A DNA stretch of 64,000 nt, from the NCBI GenBank assembly GCA_040437565.1, contig JBDOQK010000012.1:62001-126000 (forward strand), written 5' to 3'. The DNA comes from Albugo candida. Its lineage: Eukaryota. Made by a program: the position numbers and the translations under genes. Shown here piece by piece: positions 49,636 to 60,566 of this stretch. The notes below the pieces were generated by a model. The model had not been told where the DNA came from, did no database searches, and saw only the letters and a program-made list of their open reading frames with translations. Each line of letters opens with the position of its first letter. The stretch's first letter is position 1.

Positions 49636-51545
49636 TGTATTGTTCATTTTGCACGGCGCAGCACTTTAGGCCTACGAATAAACTATCTTGCATCACCACC
49701 TTTGTCGTGCAATGAATCGGGAAGCAATGACGTGAGGCTCTTTTCATCAAGGAGCGAGATTTCAGGTTAGAGCTTTCGCTCTTGGAACGATTCGAAAGAC
49801 AATATCGCCGGACGATGAATCGTTTCATCTTGTCTACAATATATAAGCAAAAATTGGCTGTTTTGAGTTTTGATCAATGAAATAGCCTCAATGCGATACT
49901 CTTTGTACCCTTACCAATGCAACCCTCACGCTTTTGGTCCGATCGACTGCATTGGAATTTTTGTCGATGCGTCGAATCAAGGCTTTCTCTGGTGAGACTA
50001 AGATTGACAGCTCAATCGAAATGAGAAATTTTTCCGCCAAACCAGGTGTAGTGGCTCGCATTAAACGGTTACAGAGTTCGAATGAATTAGCCTTTGCAAC
50101 TTAAAGGGACCTCGATATCAAAAAAATCTAAGCGGTGAGGGCATGATGAGATCCACATTTGTATCTTTTGGTGATGGCTTTGCGAAATGTACATCTGCAA
50201 GGAGCAAATTGCTTGTGGGTTGGCCTCTGAAAACCTACATTTGTTGTGGCTAAAATGCTCCTTGTATAGGTCAAAGACCTTTTTGATAGTATTGCCTTTG
50301 TGATAGCTCACCTCCAGTACCTGGACGAGGTATTCTCGTGTCGGCATTCTTTTCTCTGAGTAGGATTCTGCTTTGCAGCAATTCACCGGCAACGGACAAT
50401 CGCGTCACGAGTGCTGATAACTGAAAGAACATCTGCATTTGGCCAATGTTGATGGTATCGTATAAAACGGGACTGACTTTCAGCCCGGCTCCATCTTTAC
50501 TAGCTCTGCTTGATTTCACCCGAATGCGATCCACACAAATCGATGAAAACTTCAAGAACGCTGTAAGAAATACTTCTGCGTTTGTGCTTATGAATCGATT
50601 CGACTAGATCAGTCCCCGAGTAACACTACATTGATTGCACGATTGATAGGAGAATCATTGCAACCGTGGAGGAAAGGCTAGAAACTCGCTCAGACAATCC
50701 GAATTTTGATGCGTGGATAAACTTGCTTTGTATGAGTTCAAAACGTCTGCAAAAATGAAGCGACGAGCAAAAGGAAGATAATGCGACGAAAATGCTGAGA
50801 ATCTAATACTGTGTGATGCGTATGAACGCAAAGCCGGAATTTAGTACTCGGCGTATCCACTATTATATTCACTTGTTGCAGTAGCACTGACTTTGTAAAA
50901 ATGTATGATTTAGCGCTGAAAATAAAATATTGAGAAGTCCGAATGTTTGCTCAGCCGGATGCATCATCCCTCAACATTCATTGCTATTTGCGACATCGAC
51001 TTACTCTCGAAGAGAAACGACATCGTATTCAACGAACTGTCTGAAATCTTCTACAAAAGCAAGGTAACTTTCAAACAATAATATTGGCACATGAACACTC
51101 CTTCAAGCTTTGCGAGCAAGCAGAATGAAACTATGTCAATCCCTATACATGCGTCAGTGATGGCGTCCGCTTTACCCGCGATCCTCGTGCCTAATTTTCA
51201 ACATCTGCGACTAGTGGACCTAAGTTGAAGTTCCCTTATCCAATTATACCTTTCATGAAAGGCAAAATTTCATGTAGACATTCTCTGTCGCACTGTATCA
51301 TATAAGCGTGAATGTTTTTTCAAATGACTTTCAACATCAGATCCATACAGTCAAAGCGTAACGCTTCCCTACAGACAGAGTAATCTTCTCTCACACTTGC
51401 AAGTGCGATTGAGTAAAAATGAGAACTCGATTCGTTGAAAAGAGTTGCTTCATTTCATTACGGCAAGCAACTCGGGTGAGATTTAGCCAATTGTATCACT
51501 GATAAATATTTTTCTCTCGAACTTTGAGCAGTTGGCTCAACTCTC

Positions 51546-53831
51546 ATGAGGAGCACTTGTAAAGCTTCTGAATCACACAATTCACGAGATACAATGTTGC
51601 TGAGTGCACCAGATTTTACTAAAAAGCCATTAAATTATTACTGGAGATTCAATCAGACCCTCCACATGTCTTCAGTGACACCATTGCTATTTAATCGAGA
51701 AGGACTTGCAGGTGGGAATGTATGCGGGCCGTACGGAAGACCACATGGAATGGATAACATCCTGTATGGACATCAAGCATTTATTCAAAGGCTCCAATGT
51801 GATAATGTGCTCGAAGGACATCTCGGCTGTGTGAATCATTTGTGCTGGAATCAAACGGGAACGTTACTGGCGTCTGGATCAGATGACGCAAATGTGATTG
51901 TGTGGAATTATCAGACAAAGAAACGATTGGAAGTCATTCAGACGAAACATCGACTAAACGTATTCGCTGTCTGTTTCGTACCAGGCACAAATGATCATGT
52001 CATTGCATCGGGTGCGATGGATTGTGATGTCCGTATTCATTATGCGCCTTTTGCACAAAACCTTACGCAAAAGTTTCAGCTGCATAGTGGAAGAGTGAAG
52101 GACATAGCGTCCTCACCTCATGTGCCACATGTATTTTGGAGTGTGGCCGAAGATGGGCTTGTGTATCAGTTTGACGTACGCGCATTGCCAACAGACGACG
52201 GAGATAATCGGAAGAATTCTTCTTCTGGCGCGCTTATCAATCTAGGGAAAGGAAAGCACGGTAATTCTTTGCGAGGAATGGCAATGGCCGTGCATCCCTT
52301 GGATGCCAACAAAGTGGTTGTTGCCTGTGGAGACTCCTATGCTCGTTTATACGATCGACGAATGTTGCGACTACAGCGGTATGGCCGAACACGTAAGGAA
52401 GCAATGCGAAGCGCTAGTACCGCTCCGGTTGAAATTTTTTCCCCTCCGCATGCTCATATGGAAGATTACAACATGATAGAGAGCAGGCGAGCTCTCAGCA
52501 GTCTTCATGGAACGAGCATTCAATTTAATAGCACAGGAAGCGAAATTCTGGCAAGCTATCACAATGATCATATCTATCTTTACAATGTAAATGGCAACTC
52601 TCAACCCACAACTTTGTTCACACGGAATAATGGAGACTATCAAGCAACAGGCAGCACAAAAGGGTGGGAGAATGGAATGTACATGGATTGTTGGCGAGGC
52701 CCAATCAGCCCGAGTCTGGAACAGGTGGAATTATTGCTCAAGGAAGGCCTCGAGCAATGTAAAGAGGAAAGGTTCAGCGAAGCAATTGAGTCTTTTGCGT
52801 GTGCTTTAGGCTCTAATTTAGCGTCTCAGGAGTCGCTAACACGCAAAAGACTTCATTACGGATTGGCACAAGCTTACATGAATCGAAACTGGAATGCGGA
52901 TATGTACTTGGCCTCCGCGCACTGTAAATGTGCGCTTCAACTTGATCCCAATGACCTTGAAGTTGAGCAAACATATATTAGGGCTCTTTGGGCGTCTGGA
53001 AGACGTTGTCAGTGCACGTTAGCGGCGCATAAATACGCAAAAAAGTATCCCGAGCACGCGACCGATGTGGCCGATCTTTTGGAGATGGGAGATACGTTAC
53101 AGGATACCAACAATACATCCACGTGGAGACGAAGCAGCAGCAGCAGTAGCAGTAACAACAGCATCACTTTTGCATACCCTATACGTGGTCGGCGTGAAAG
53201 CACTTCGGAAAATGAGAGTTCCTCGAATGATCAAGTCGGTGCGGAAAATGAAAGGAGGAATGATACCTCTCCTCGGCCTATCTTTTACCATCTGGCACCG
53301 GCCAATGATTCCACATTTTCAGTCCCGACGTTGCTACCACACACTGATGACGAATTCTGGACAGGATCTTGCGTGAATGACTTGGAAGTGAATTGCGATG
53401 TACAGCGACGATATATTGGTTGTGCGAATACGCAGACGGATATCAAAGAAGCAACGTTTTTTGGACCTAATGACGCTTTTGTTGTTGCTGGAAGCGATGA
53501 CGGGTATGCATATATCTGGCAAAAGGCAACGGGGAAGCTGATTACCGCAATCAAAGCTGATGCAGATATCGTGAATTGTGTCCGGAGTCATCCAACTGAA
53601 ACATGCCTGGCCACAAGTGGAATTGAGAATGTGGTGCGGTTGTGGACTCCCACCAGCGCGGAGAACACTTGTCCGAGCAAAGCTGAATTACAGGAGTTGA
53701 CAAAGAAGAATCAGATCATGATACATCGTGAATGGCGGACACAAACCGTCATTCAAGATCCAGCGAGTTTTTTACAAGCTATGTTTGCTAGTGAAGACAA
53801 TGAAGGCGTCTCAGAATGTGCAACAAGCTAA
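51546..53831 (+). CDS. WDTC1: WD40 and TPR repeat protein, DCAF (WDTC1/Adipose-like) CUL4-DDB1 substrate receptor
   Basis: LEGHLGCVNHLCWNQTGTLLASGSDD, ARLYDRR, central TPR (YMNRNWNADMYLASAHCKCALQLDP), YIGCANTQTDIKEATFFG, AGSDDG, ATSGIENVVRLWTP. Confidence 0.88.
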   Translation: MRSTCKASESHNSRDTMLLSAPDFTKKPLNYYWRFNQTLHMSSVTPLLFNREGLAGGNVCGPYGRPHGMDNILYGHQAFIQRLQCDNVLEGHLGCVNHLCWNQTGTLLASGSDDANVIVWNYQTKKRLEVIQTKHRLNVFAVCFVPGTNDHVIASGAMDCDVRIHYAPFAQNLTQKFQLHSGRVKDIASSPHVPHVFWSVAEDGLVYQFDVRALPTDDGDNRKNSSSGALINLGKGKHGNSLRGMAMAVHPLDANKVVVACGDSYARLYDRRMLRLQRYGRTRKEAMRSASTAPVEIFSPPHAHMEDYNMIESRRALSSLHGTSIQFNSTGSEILASYHNDHIYLYNVNGNSQPTTLFTRNNGDYQATGSTKGWENGMYMDCWRGPISPSLEQVELLLKEGLEQCKEERFSEAIESFACALGSNLASQESLTRKRLHYGLAQAYMNRNWNADMYLASAHCKCALQLDPNDLEVEQTYIRALWASGRRCQCTLAAHKYAKKYPEHATDVADLLEMGDTLQDTNNTSTWRRSSSSSSSNNSITFAYPIRGRRESTSENESSSNDQVGAENERRNDTSPRPIFYHLAPANDSTFSVPTLLPHTDDEFWTGSCVNDLEVNCDVQRRYIGCANTQTDIKEATFFGPNDAFVVAGSDDGYAYIWQKATGKLITAIKADADIVNCVRSHPTETCLATSGIENVVRLWTPTSAENTCPSKAELQELTKKNQIMIHREWRTQTVIQDPASFLQAMFASEDNEGVSECATS

Positions 53832-54947
53832 TTAAGTGTTGATCACAGAAGAGGGGAGGTAAGATTAATCGTGTGACAATAGCAAATTAAATAGTTTGAG
53901 CGACAGAATAAGCTTTTGTTCGATAGCGGTGTCGTAGACACACCAATATGCAGGAGCTTCACTTGGGATGGCTCGACACGTGTAATAATCCTGAGCGCAA
54001 GACCTGACCCGAGTCTTTGGCATACAGAGAGTATCAAGTGTTCTGGGGACACTTCACTTGTGGTGAAAGGCTGCAGCTGCAGCAATCATCTTCGGTGCAC
54101 AGATTGCAAGCCGACCTTGGAACTGCCCACTGCTTATTTTCAATAGTCGATATATCTATGATGGGCATATTGTGAACGTTCCAATGCAGTGTGAAGTTTT
54201 AGAGGTCAGTTGTAGATGACGTATTTCACGCTGTTCTGTACCTGCAATTGTCTACAAAGGTTTGTCGTCTGCACGTCTTTCTTCGATTATATTTCATGCT
54301 GTCAAAAGAGCAACGCATCCAATATGCGACGATCCTTACAAATTACTGTTTATAGATTTGTTTACAGATATAATGAATTAAGTGAATAATTGCAACGAAG
54401 TTGCCCCAATCACTTATTTCCTCAGATAACACCGCTCGATGAAATTTCAAAGCATACAATAACGGACTTGGTATCCGACTCGACACTGATATGACAAACA
54501 ACAAAGATAATTTCATAATGTGGCAAGTGAAGTGTGAGAGATAAAAGACGCCGTGATATATGTCCCGAAATATAGTCTGCTCTCACTTCAACAGGAACGG
54601 CAGGAAACAGGGTTGAAAAACGTATGCGTTTTGGGTGGATCCTATCGTTTTGGTTACAGCACTCAAAATCTGACCGATCTGACGCAATCAAATGGTGTTA
54701 AAACGAGAAGTATACTATAAATTTGACGGTGCAAACATTTTCGCTTGGTTTCTCCATCATACGTATCGTTGATGTAATATGACATTGTGACATGACGGAT
54801 GTCCAAAGTTGGATGAGCTGTGTATGAGAAGAATGACCTAAAGCCATGTATGCGTATAGGGCTAATGAATCACTATTTGTTGTCAGCGCTGCGACATAAG
54901 ATTTTTAGATACCTCCCTTTTACATAGCCATAAAAAAAACCTTGTAT

Positions 54948-54960
54948 TCATTTCAGAATT
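54948..54960 (+). promoter_or_regulatory. Possible oomycete INR/FPR core promoter element
   Basis: TCATTTCAGAATT about 65-75 nt upstream of the ATPase ATG; near match to YCATTYY-N-CAWT. Confidence 0.3.
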
Positions 54961-55024
54961 ATCATCACTCCCGCCCGTTATTACGACCAGACCACAAATA
55001 AAAACTAATAAAAGACAGGCAGCA

Positions 55025-58000
55025 ATGGCAGCCGCATCACTCCATGCATCCACTCTCGCTCGTGCTCCATTGGATGATGGCTTTGTGGAACTTGCGATTG
55101 AGGGTATGATGTGCATGAAAAACTGTGGAACAACTGTGCAAAACGCATTAAAATCCGTCAAAGGAGTTGTATCGGCTAAAGTTGATTTTGAAACCCATAC
55201 GGCTCTTGTGATGATGGATGGATCCCAAAATGCTCAGTTTGGTCCCCTGGTTGACGCCATTGAGAGTGTCGGATTTGGAGCTTCTATATTGGTACCTGTA
55301 TCGCACTCAAGCACAAAAGTCGCAAACGTGATGGAATTACTAATTGAAGGAATGATGTGTCAAAAAAATTGCGGAACAACCGTACAAAAAGCTCTAGAAA
55401 ACGTAAAAGGAGTTCAGAATGCTGTGGTCAAATTCGATAAATTATTAGCGGCAGTCACATTGGCAGAGGATGCGAACACCACAATGAAAGAACTAGTGGA
55501 CGCCGTGGAATGTGCTGGTTTTATGGCTGAGTCGTACGATCACTTGAAAGCATCAAAATTACGACATAAGGCGCAATGCGATCTCACGATCAATAACACT
55601 CGAATGCGACAAATCAGTATCGTCGAGTCGGAACTAGACGAAATGTCGCATTTGATGCTACAAGTCGATCAAAACGATGGTAATCAACCGCTACAGCACC
55701 CACGTGCATTTTTCAAAGTCGAAGGAATGAGCTGTGCTGCTTGTGTCAAGGCCATTGAAGATTTTGTACGAAAACAAAGCGGTGTGATTGAGTGTCGAGT
55801 AGGCTTGATCAGCCAAAAAGCCGAAATTGTATACGATCGGAGCTTTTTCGCTGCTGGAGATGAAGTGGTAAAAATTGTACACTGGATCAAAGAAGCAGGC
55901 TATGCTCCTACCCATCTCAGTACGATAGACCCCGCTCAGCTGACGGGTGATATTGATGATCAAGATCAAATTATCCAAGTCAAATTTCGAGTCCCTGATT
56001 TAAATTCAGCATCACCTACTCAACTCGAGCGACTGAAAACCCGACTATCTGAGCTGGAAGGAATTGTCGGTGTACAGATCAATGAGAACGAGCAAGTCCA
56101 CGTGCATGTACAGCAACTGGCTGCTAAAGGACCGAGAGATGTGTTGGAATGCATCCAGCAGCTTGGGTACATAAATTCTGAAGTAATTACAAGCGGAATG
56201 GAACCAAATGTCACCGATCCAAACAGCGAAGCGAAGAAATGGAAGCGACTGCTGTCAACGTCTTTGCTGTTCTCCGGTCCAATTTTTGTGATCAATCTGA
56301 TCTTGAGATACACACCAGGTTTCTCCGAATTGTTTTCCATGAATGTATTCAATTCCATGTCGCTTCGAATGCTTATTATGTTCTTGCTGGCAACCCCTGT
56401 GCAATTTGGCGTCGGCAAAGGATTTTATGCTACAGCCTGGAAAGGACTCAAACATGGAATGATGGGAATGGATTTTCTTATCATTTCGGGCACAACAGCA
56501 TCATACGTGTTCAGCTTTTGTTCCCTCGTCAGCTCTATAGTAAATCCAGACTTTGATGGACATCAGTTTTTTGAGTCGTCCGCCATGTTGATCACATTTG
56601 TCACATTAGGAAAGTATATGGAATCAGTGGCCAAGGGTAAAACGACTGACGCGCTATCGCAATTGCTAAGCATGCAGCCAAAAACAGCGATTTTAGTCGA
56701 TCCAAGTGGTGGTGCTGAGGATAACAAAGTAATTCCGATTGAACTCGTACAGCGGGGTGATCTACTGAGAATTCCCCCTGGTGCGAATATTTCGGTCGAT
56801 GGTGTTGTTCGATGCGGGCAGAGTTCATGTGATGAGTCGATGATTACCGGAGAGAGTATGCCAGTGATGAAATCTGTCGACGATTATGTATTTGGCTCAA
56901 CAATCAATCAGCACGGTACCATTATGATCGAAGCGAGTTGCATGGGCGCGGGTGGAAGTACTTTATCACAAATTTGTTCGTTAATCGAAGAAGCACAACT
57001 GCGCAAAGCGCCAATACAGGCGTATGCGGACAAAGTTGCATCCATTTTCGCTCCATTTGTGGTCACCATTGCATTGACGACATTTGTCATATGGTACGCA
57101 CTCCTTTCAAGTAATAAGATTCCGGATACATGGAAAATGGATCTCGATGTGAATCCTAGCGATGGTCACATTCACGACTTTTATATATCCGTGCTATTCT
57201 CCATTTCAGTAGTCGTAATTGCTTGTCCGTGTGCGCTTGGATTGGCAACTCCGACTGCTGTCATGGTCGGATGTGGTGTCGGTGCCAAATTGGGCATTTT
57301 AATACGTGGTGGTAAAGCGTTGGAAGTAGCTCGTTATGTGGATACCATTGTTTTTGACAAAACAGGCACACTTACTCATGGGTCGGCATCAGTGACGGAT
57401 GTCATTTTGGTCAATTCTGAATGCTCCTCGCAAGAACTTTTATATTATGCGGCATCTTTGGAAACTGTAAGCGAGCATATACTTGCCAAGGCTATCGTGA
57501 ATGCGGCTACGGAAATGGGAAATTCCGCACTGAAGGATCCAACAAACGTGACGATCATTCCAGGTCGCGGTATCGAAGGCTGCATCGTGCGATTCCAAGC
57601 AGAAGAAAACTGTGAGGCGGTGCTTGAATCCGTGATGATCGGAAATGTGGAGCTTTTTGAAGAGAAGAAAATTGTGATAAGTCCAGCCATGCGCGAGCAA
57701 GTACATGAGCTTGAAATGGCTGGCAAAACAGTGGTTTGTGTGTGCTTGCAAAATGCTTTAGCTGGGTTTATTGGGCTTGCCGATACACCTCGACCGGAAG
57801 CGAAAGCTGTTGTCGCTTATCTCAAAGCGATGAATGTAGACGTGTGGCTCATTACCGGAGACAACATTCGAACAGCGAGCCATATCGCACGCTCACTCGA
57901 TATAACGCATGTAAAAGCTGTCGCTTTGCCCGGAGAAAAAGCTGCTCAGGTGAAGGCTTTACAAGAACGTATCAACCCATTGACCGGTCGACGACGAGTT

Positions 58001-58486
58001 GTAGCAATGATTGGGGATGGAATCAATGATGCGCCTGCACTTGCACAATCAGATGTGGGCATCGCCATTGGGGCTGGTACACAAATCGCAAAAGCGGAGG
58101 CAGATATGATTCTTGTGAAGAGCAATTTGAAAGACGTTGTGGTAGCCCTTCATTTATCACGTGCTGTATTCAATCGTATTCGGCTCAACTTTTTCTTCTC
58201 CATTATCTACAATGTATTCGGAATTCCTTTGGCGTCAGGATTATTTTTCCCGCTTCTGCATACCATGATGCCGCCAGTATGCGCGGGATTAGCAATGGCG
58301 TTTTCCTCCGTCACAGTTGTCGTCTCATCGCTTTCACTGAAAAAGTATCAACCCCCGAACGTCTTTGCCACTGAACAAAAGCACGTTGCGACCGATAATC
58401 AAGTGCGCGATCTGAAGTATATGATGCGTAATCGGCTTGCTGTGAACGCTCGTCAGACATATACGCCGCTGCAATGCACCGAGTAA
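55025..58486 (+). CDS. Copper-transporting P1B-1 ATPase (ATP7/HMA5/RAN1-like)
   Basis: HMA domains (GMMCMKNC, GMMCQKNC, GMSCAAC), TGES, ACPCALGLATP, DKTGTLT, SEH, GDGIND, YN and MAFSS copper-site motifs. Confidence 0.97.
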   Translation: MAAASLHASTLARAPLDDGFVELAIEGMMCMKNCGTTVQNALKSVKGVVSAKVDFETHTALVMMDGSQNAQFGPLVDAIESVGFGASILVPVSHSSTKVANVMELLIEGMMCQKNCGTTVQKALENVKGVQNAVVKFDKLLAAVTLAEDANTTMKELVDAVECAGFMAESYDHLKASKLRHKAQCDLTINNTRMRQISIVESELDEMSHLMLQVDQNDGNQPLQHPRAFFKVEGMSCAACVKAIEDFVRKQSGVIECRVGLISQKAEIVYDRSFFAAGDEVVKIVHWIKEAGYAPTHLSTIDPAQLTGDIDDQDQIIQVKFRVPDLNSASPTQLERLKTRLSELEGIVGVQINENEQVHVHVQQLAAKGPRDVLECIQQLGYINSEVITSGMEPNVTDPNSEAKKWKRLLSTSLLFSGPIFVINLILRYTPGFSELFSMNVFNSMSLRMLIMFLLATPVQFGVGKGFYATAWKGLKHGMMGMDFLIISGTTASYVFSFCSLVSSIVNPDFDGHQFFESSAMLITFVTLGKYMESVAKGKTTDALSQLLSMQPKTAILVDPSGGAEDNKVIPIELVQRGDLLRIPPGANISVDGVVRCGQSSCDESMITGESMPVMKSVDDYVFGSTINQHGTIMIEASCMGAGGSTLSQICSLIEEAQLRKAPIQAYADKVASIFAPFVVTIALTTFVIWYALLSSNKIPDTWKMDLDVNPSDGHIHDFYISVLFSISVVVIACPCALGLATPTAVMVGCGVGAKLGILIRGGKALEVARYVDTIVFDKTGTLTHGSASVTDVILVNSECSSQELLYYAASLETVSEHILAKAIVNAATEMGNSALKDPTNVTIIPGRGIEGCIVRFQAEENCEAVLESVMIGNVELFEEKKIVISPAMREQVHELEMAGKTVVCVCLQNALAGFIGLADTPRPEAKAVVAYLKAMNVDVWLITGDNIRTASHIARSLDITHVKAVALPGEKAAQVKALQERINPLTGRRRVVAMIGDGINDAPALAQSDVGIAIGAGTQIAKAEADMILVKSNLKDVVVALHLSRAVFNRIRLNFFFSIIYNVFGIPLASGLFFPLLHTMMPPVCAGLAMAFSSVTVVVSSLSLKKYQPPNVFATEQKHVATDNQVRDLKYMMRNRLAVNARQTYTPLQCTE

Positions 58487-58595
58487 ATTGGAGATTCCAT
58501 GTTTGAAGTAGCATATAGCAATTTTTTTATAAAAACGTATTGAATATTGGAAAAATAATCTCGACACAAAGCATGAGGCTTACAAGCATAACCGT

Positions 58596-60225
58596 TTATC
58601 TGGACAGACCGAGAAGACGATCGATTTCGCTCGCTTGATTTTCGTCTGGGAATCGAAGATGCACAATGCCCTTAAGTTTTTGCAATACGCGAATCACTTG
58701 ACAGCTGTAGCCAAATTCATTATCGTACCAGACGTACAGAATGACTTTATTTCCCTGAACTATAGTTGCCTTGCCATCGATAATCCCTGCAGCTCGATAG
58801 CCAACAAAATCGGATGACGCGACTTCCGCTGAGTTTACAAAGTCAATTTGGTTCTGTAGAGGCGAATTGATCGATGTGGAACACATATACGCGTTGATTT
58901 CGTCGACCGTTAGATTTTGAGCTGATTCATGTCTGAGCTCGATATTTAATATCGCCAATGATACATTCGGTGTCGGAACGCGGATCGCATTTGCCGTCAG
59001 CTTACCCTTTAATGAAGGAAGACATTTAACGACAGCTTCGGCCGCACCAGTTTCTGTGATAACCATATTTAAGACAGCACTGCGTCCGCGTCGTTCTTTT
59101 GTATGGTAATTATCGATCAGATTCTGGTCGTTGGTGAATGAGTGTACGGTCTCGATGTGTCCACGAATTATTCCATACTTTTGTTCCAATGCAAGCAATG
59201 TCGGAGCAATTGCATTCGTCGTGCACGATGCAGCCGAGTAGATCGCTACCTCGTCGACAATTTGCTCCTCATTTACTCCAGCTACTACGGTCGGAATCTA
59301 AGAAATGCCCAATACGTCATAATTGCAAGAATTAAAAGTAAATGTTTCATACCTCTCCTTTCCCGGGTGCAGTAAGGATCACTTTGGAGACTCCAGGTGC
59401 ATTAAGGTGCTGTTGCAAACCTTCCTTATCTCTCCACTTCCCAGTATTGTCAATGACGACAGCATCATCTATGCCATACTTTTTGTAGTCACACTTGTCA
59501 GGTGCGTCCGAGTATATGATATGGATCAAATTTCCATTCGCAATGAATGCATTGGCTTCTTCATCAAGCTTGATTGTACCAAGAAACGGGCCATGTACCG
59601 AATCCAATTTCAGTAAATTTGCACGTTTCGCAACATCCTCTCGCGTACCTCGGCGAACAACGATAGCTCGTAACATGAGCTTGACGCCAGGTCCACTTTT
59701 TTCAATCAGAAGTCGTGCCAGTAATCTTCCAATTCGACCAAAGCCGTATAAAATTACATCAGAAGGCTTTTGCATCAATTTAGTGCCGTCAACTGATCGA
59801 GGTAAATGAAGAGAATCTGCGATTGCTTCTAATTTGGAATCCAAAAAAGCAGCTAATGATTTCATTATATGGCTCTTCGCATCATCCATCTGCATATTTG
59901 TCTTATAATCGACCACGAATGGCTCTACCAGAATGAATGTCCTGCCCAGATCAATTCGCATCGAATATGCATATCCAGCGTGTTGCACAATCGCTTGCAG
60001 CAGTACCAATGTATCGCTTGGCGAGATCGTTTTACGTACATGCTCACACACAAAATCGTGGAGCTGAATGATTTCGAGCCCATTTTTATGCACCAATCCC
60101 TTTCCAAAAAAGGTCGAAATCACATTTTGACGACGGTACAGATGACCAATTAGAGGGATCATTTGATCCGCAGCGTCTTCTTCCTGCTTCCATCGCTCAT
60201 ATTCTCTGCTTGCGTTGGATTCCAT
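58596..60225 (-). CDS. gap: Glyceraldehyde-3-phosphate dehydrogenase, long N-terminal-extension (bacterial-like) type, 2 exons
   Basis: YGFGRIGRLLAR, DSVHG, DNTGKWRD, catalytic SAASCTTNA, ETVHSFTNDQNLIDNYH, RVPTPNVS, WYDNEFGYS. Intron at 59298-59352. Confidence 0.93.
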
Positions 60226-60566
60226 CGTTAAGAGTCTCTTGAGTTGTACTCTGTTTTTTGTATAGACATTTGCGGATTCGATGTATGACAGAGCGTCGTC
60301 ATGACCCGATTCACGAGAAAATCACGTTATGTATTCGCGTATAAATGACTGCAGTCCGGACATCGACATACTTTCCTATCTAATGCGTCAAGCTTTCTAT
60401 TTTACAACTGCTTTACCATTTCTTTCGCAGTCTGAAGCAAGCATCTCAGTAGCCCAATCTCTCGAATTCGATAGATTCGCTACAAACACTCCATACAGAT
60501 CAGCATTTGAAGATAAAGATGATCATAGGCTTGCACCGAGTCTATGAGGTTCAGGCCAATCGAATA

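Noticed and set aside
49607-50800. Minus-strand ORF fragments, possibly a decayed secreted-protein gene
   Set aside because: Fragmented, with no identifiable family.
53133-53162. (AGC)n repeat
   Set aside because: Ordinary poly-Ser coding tract in the WDTC1-like gene.
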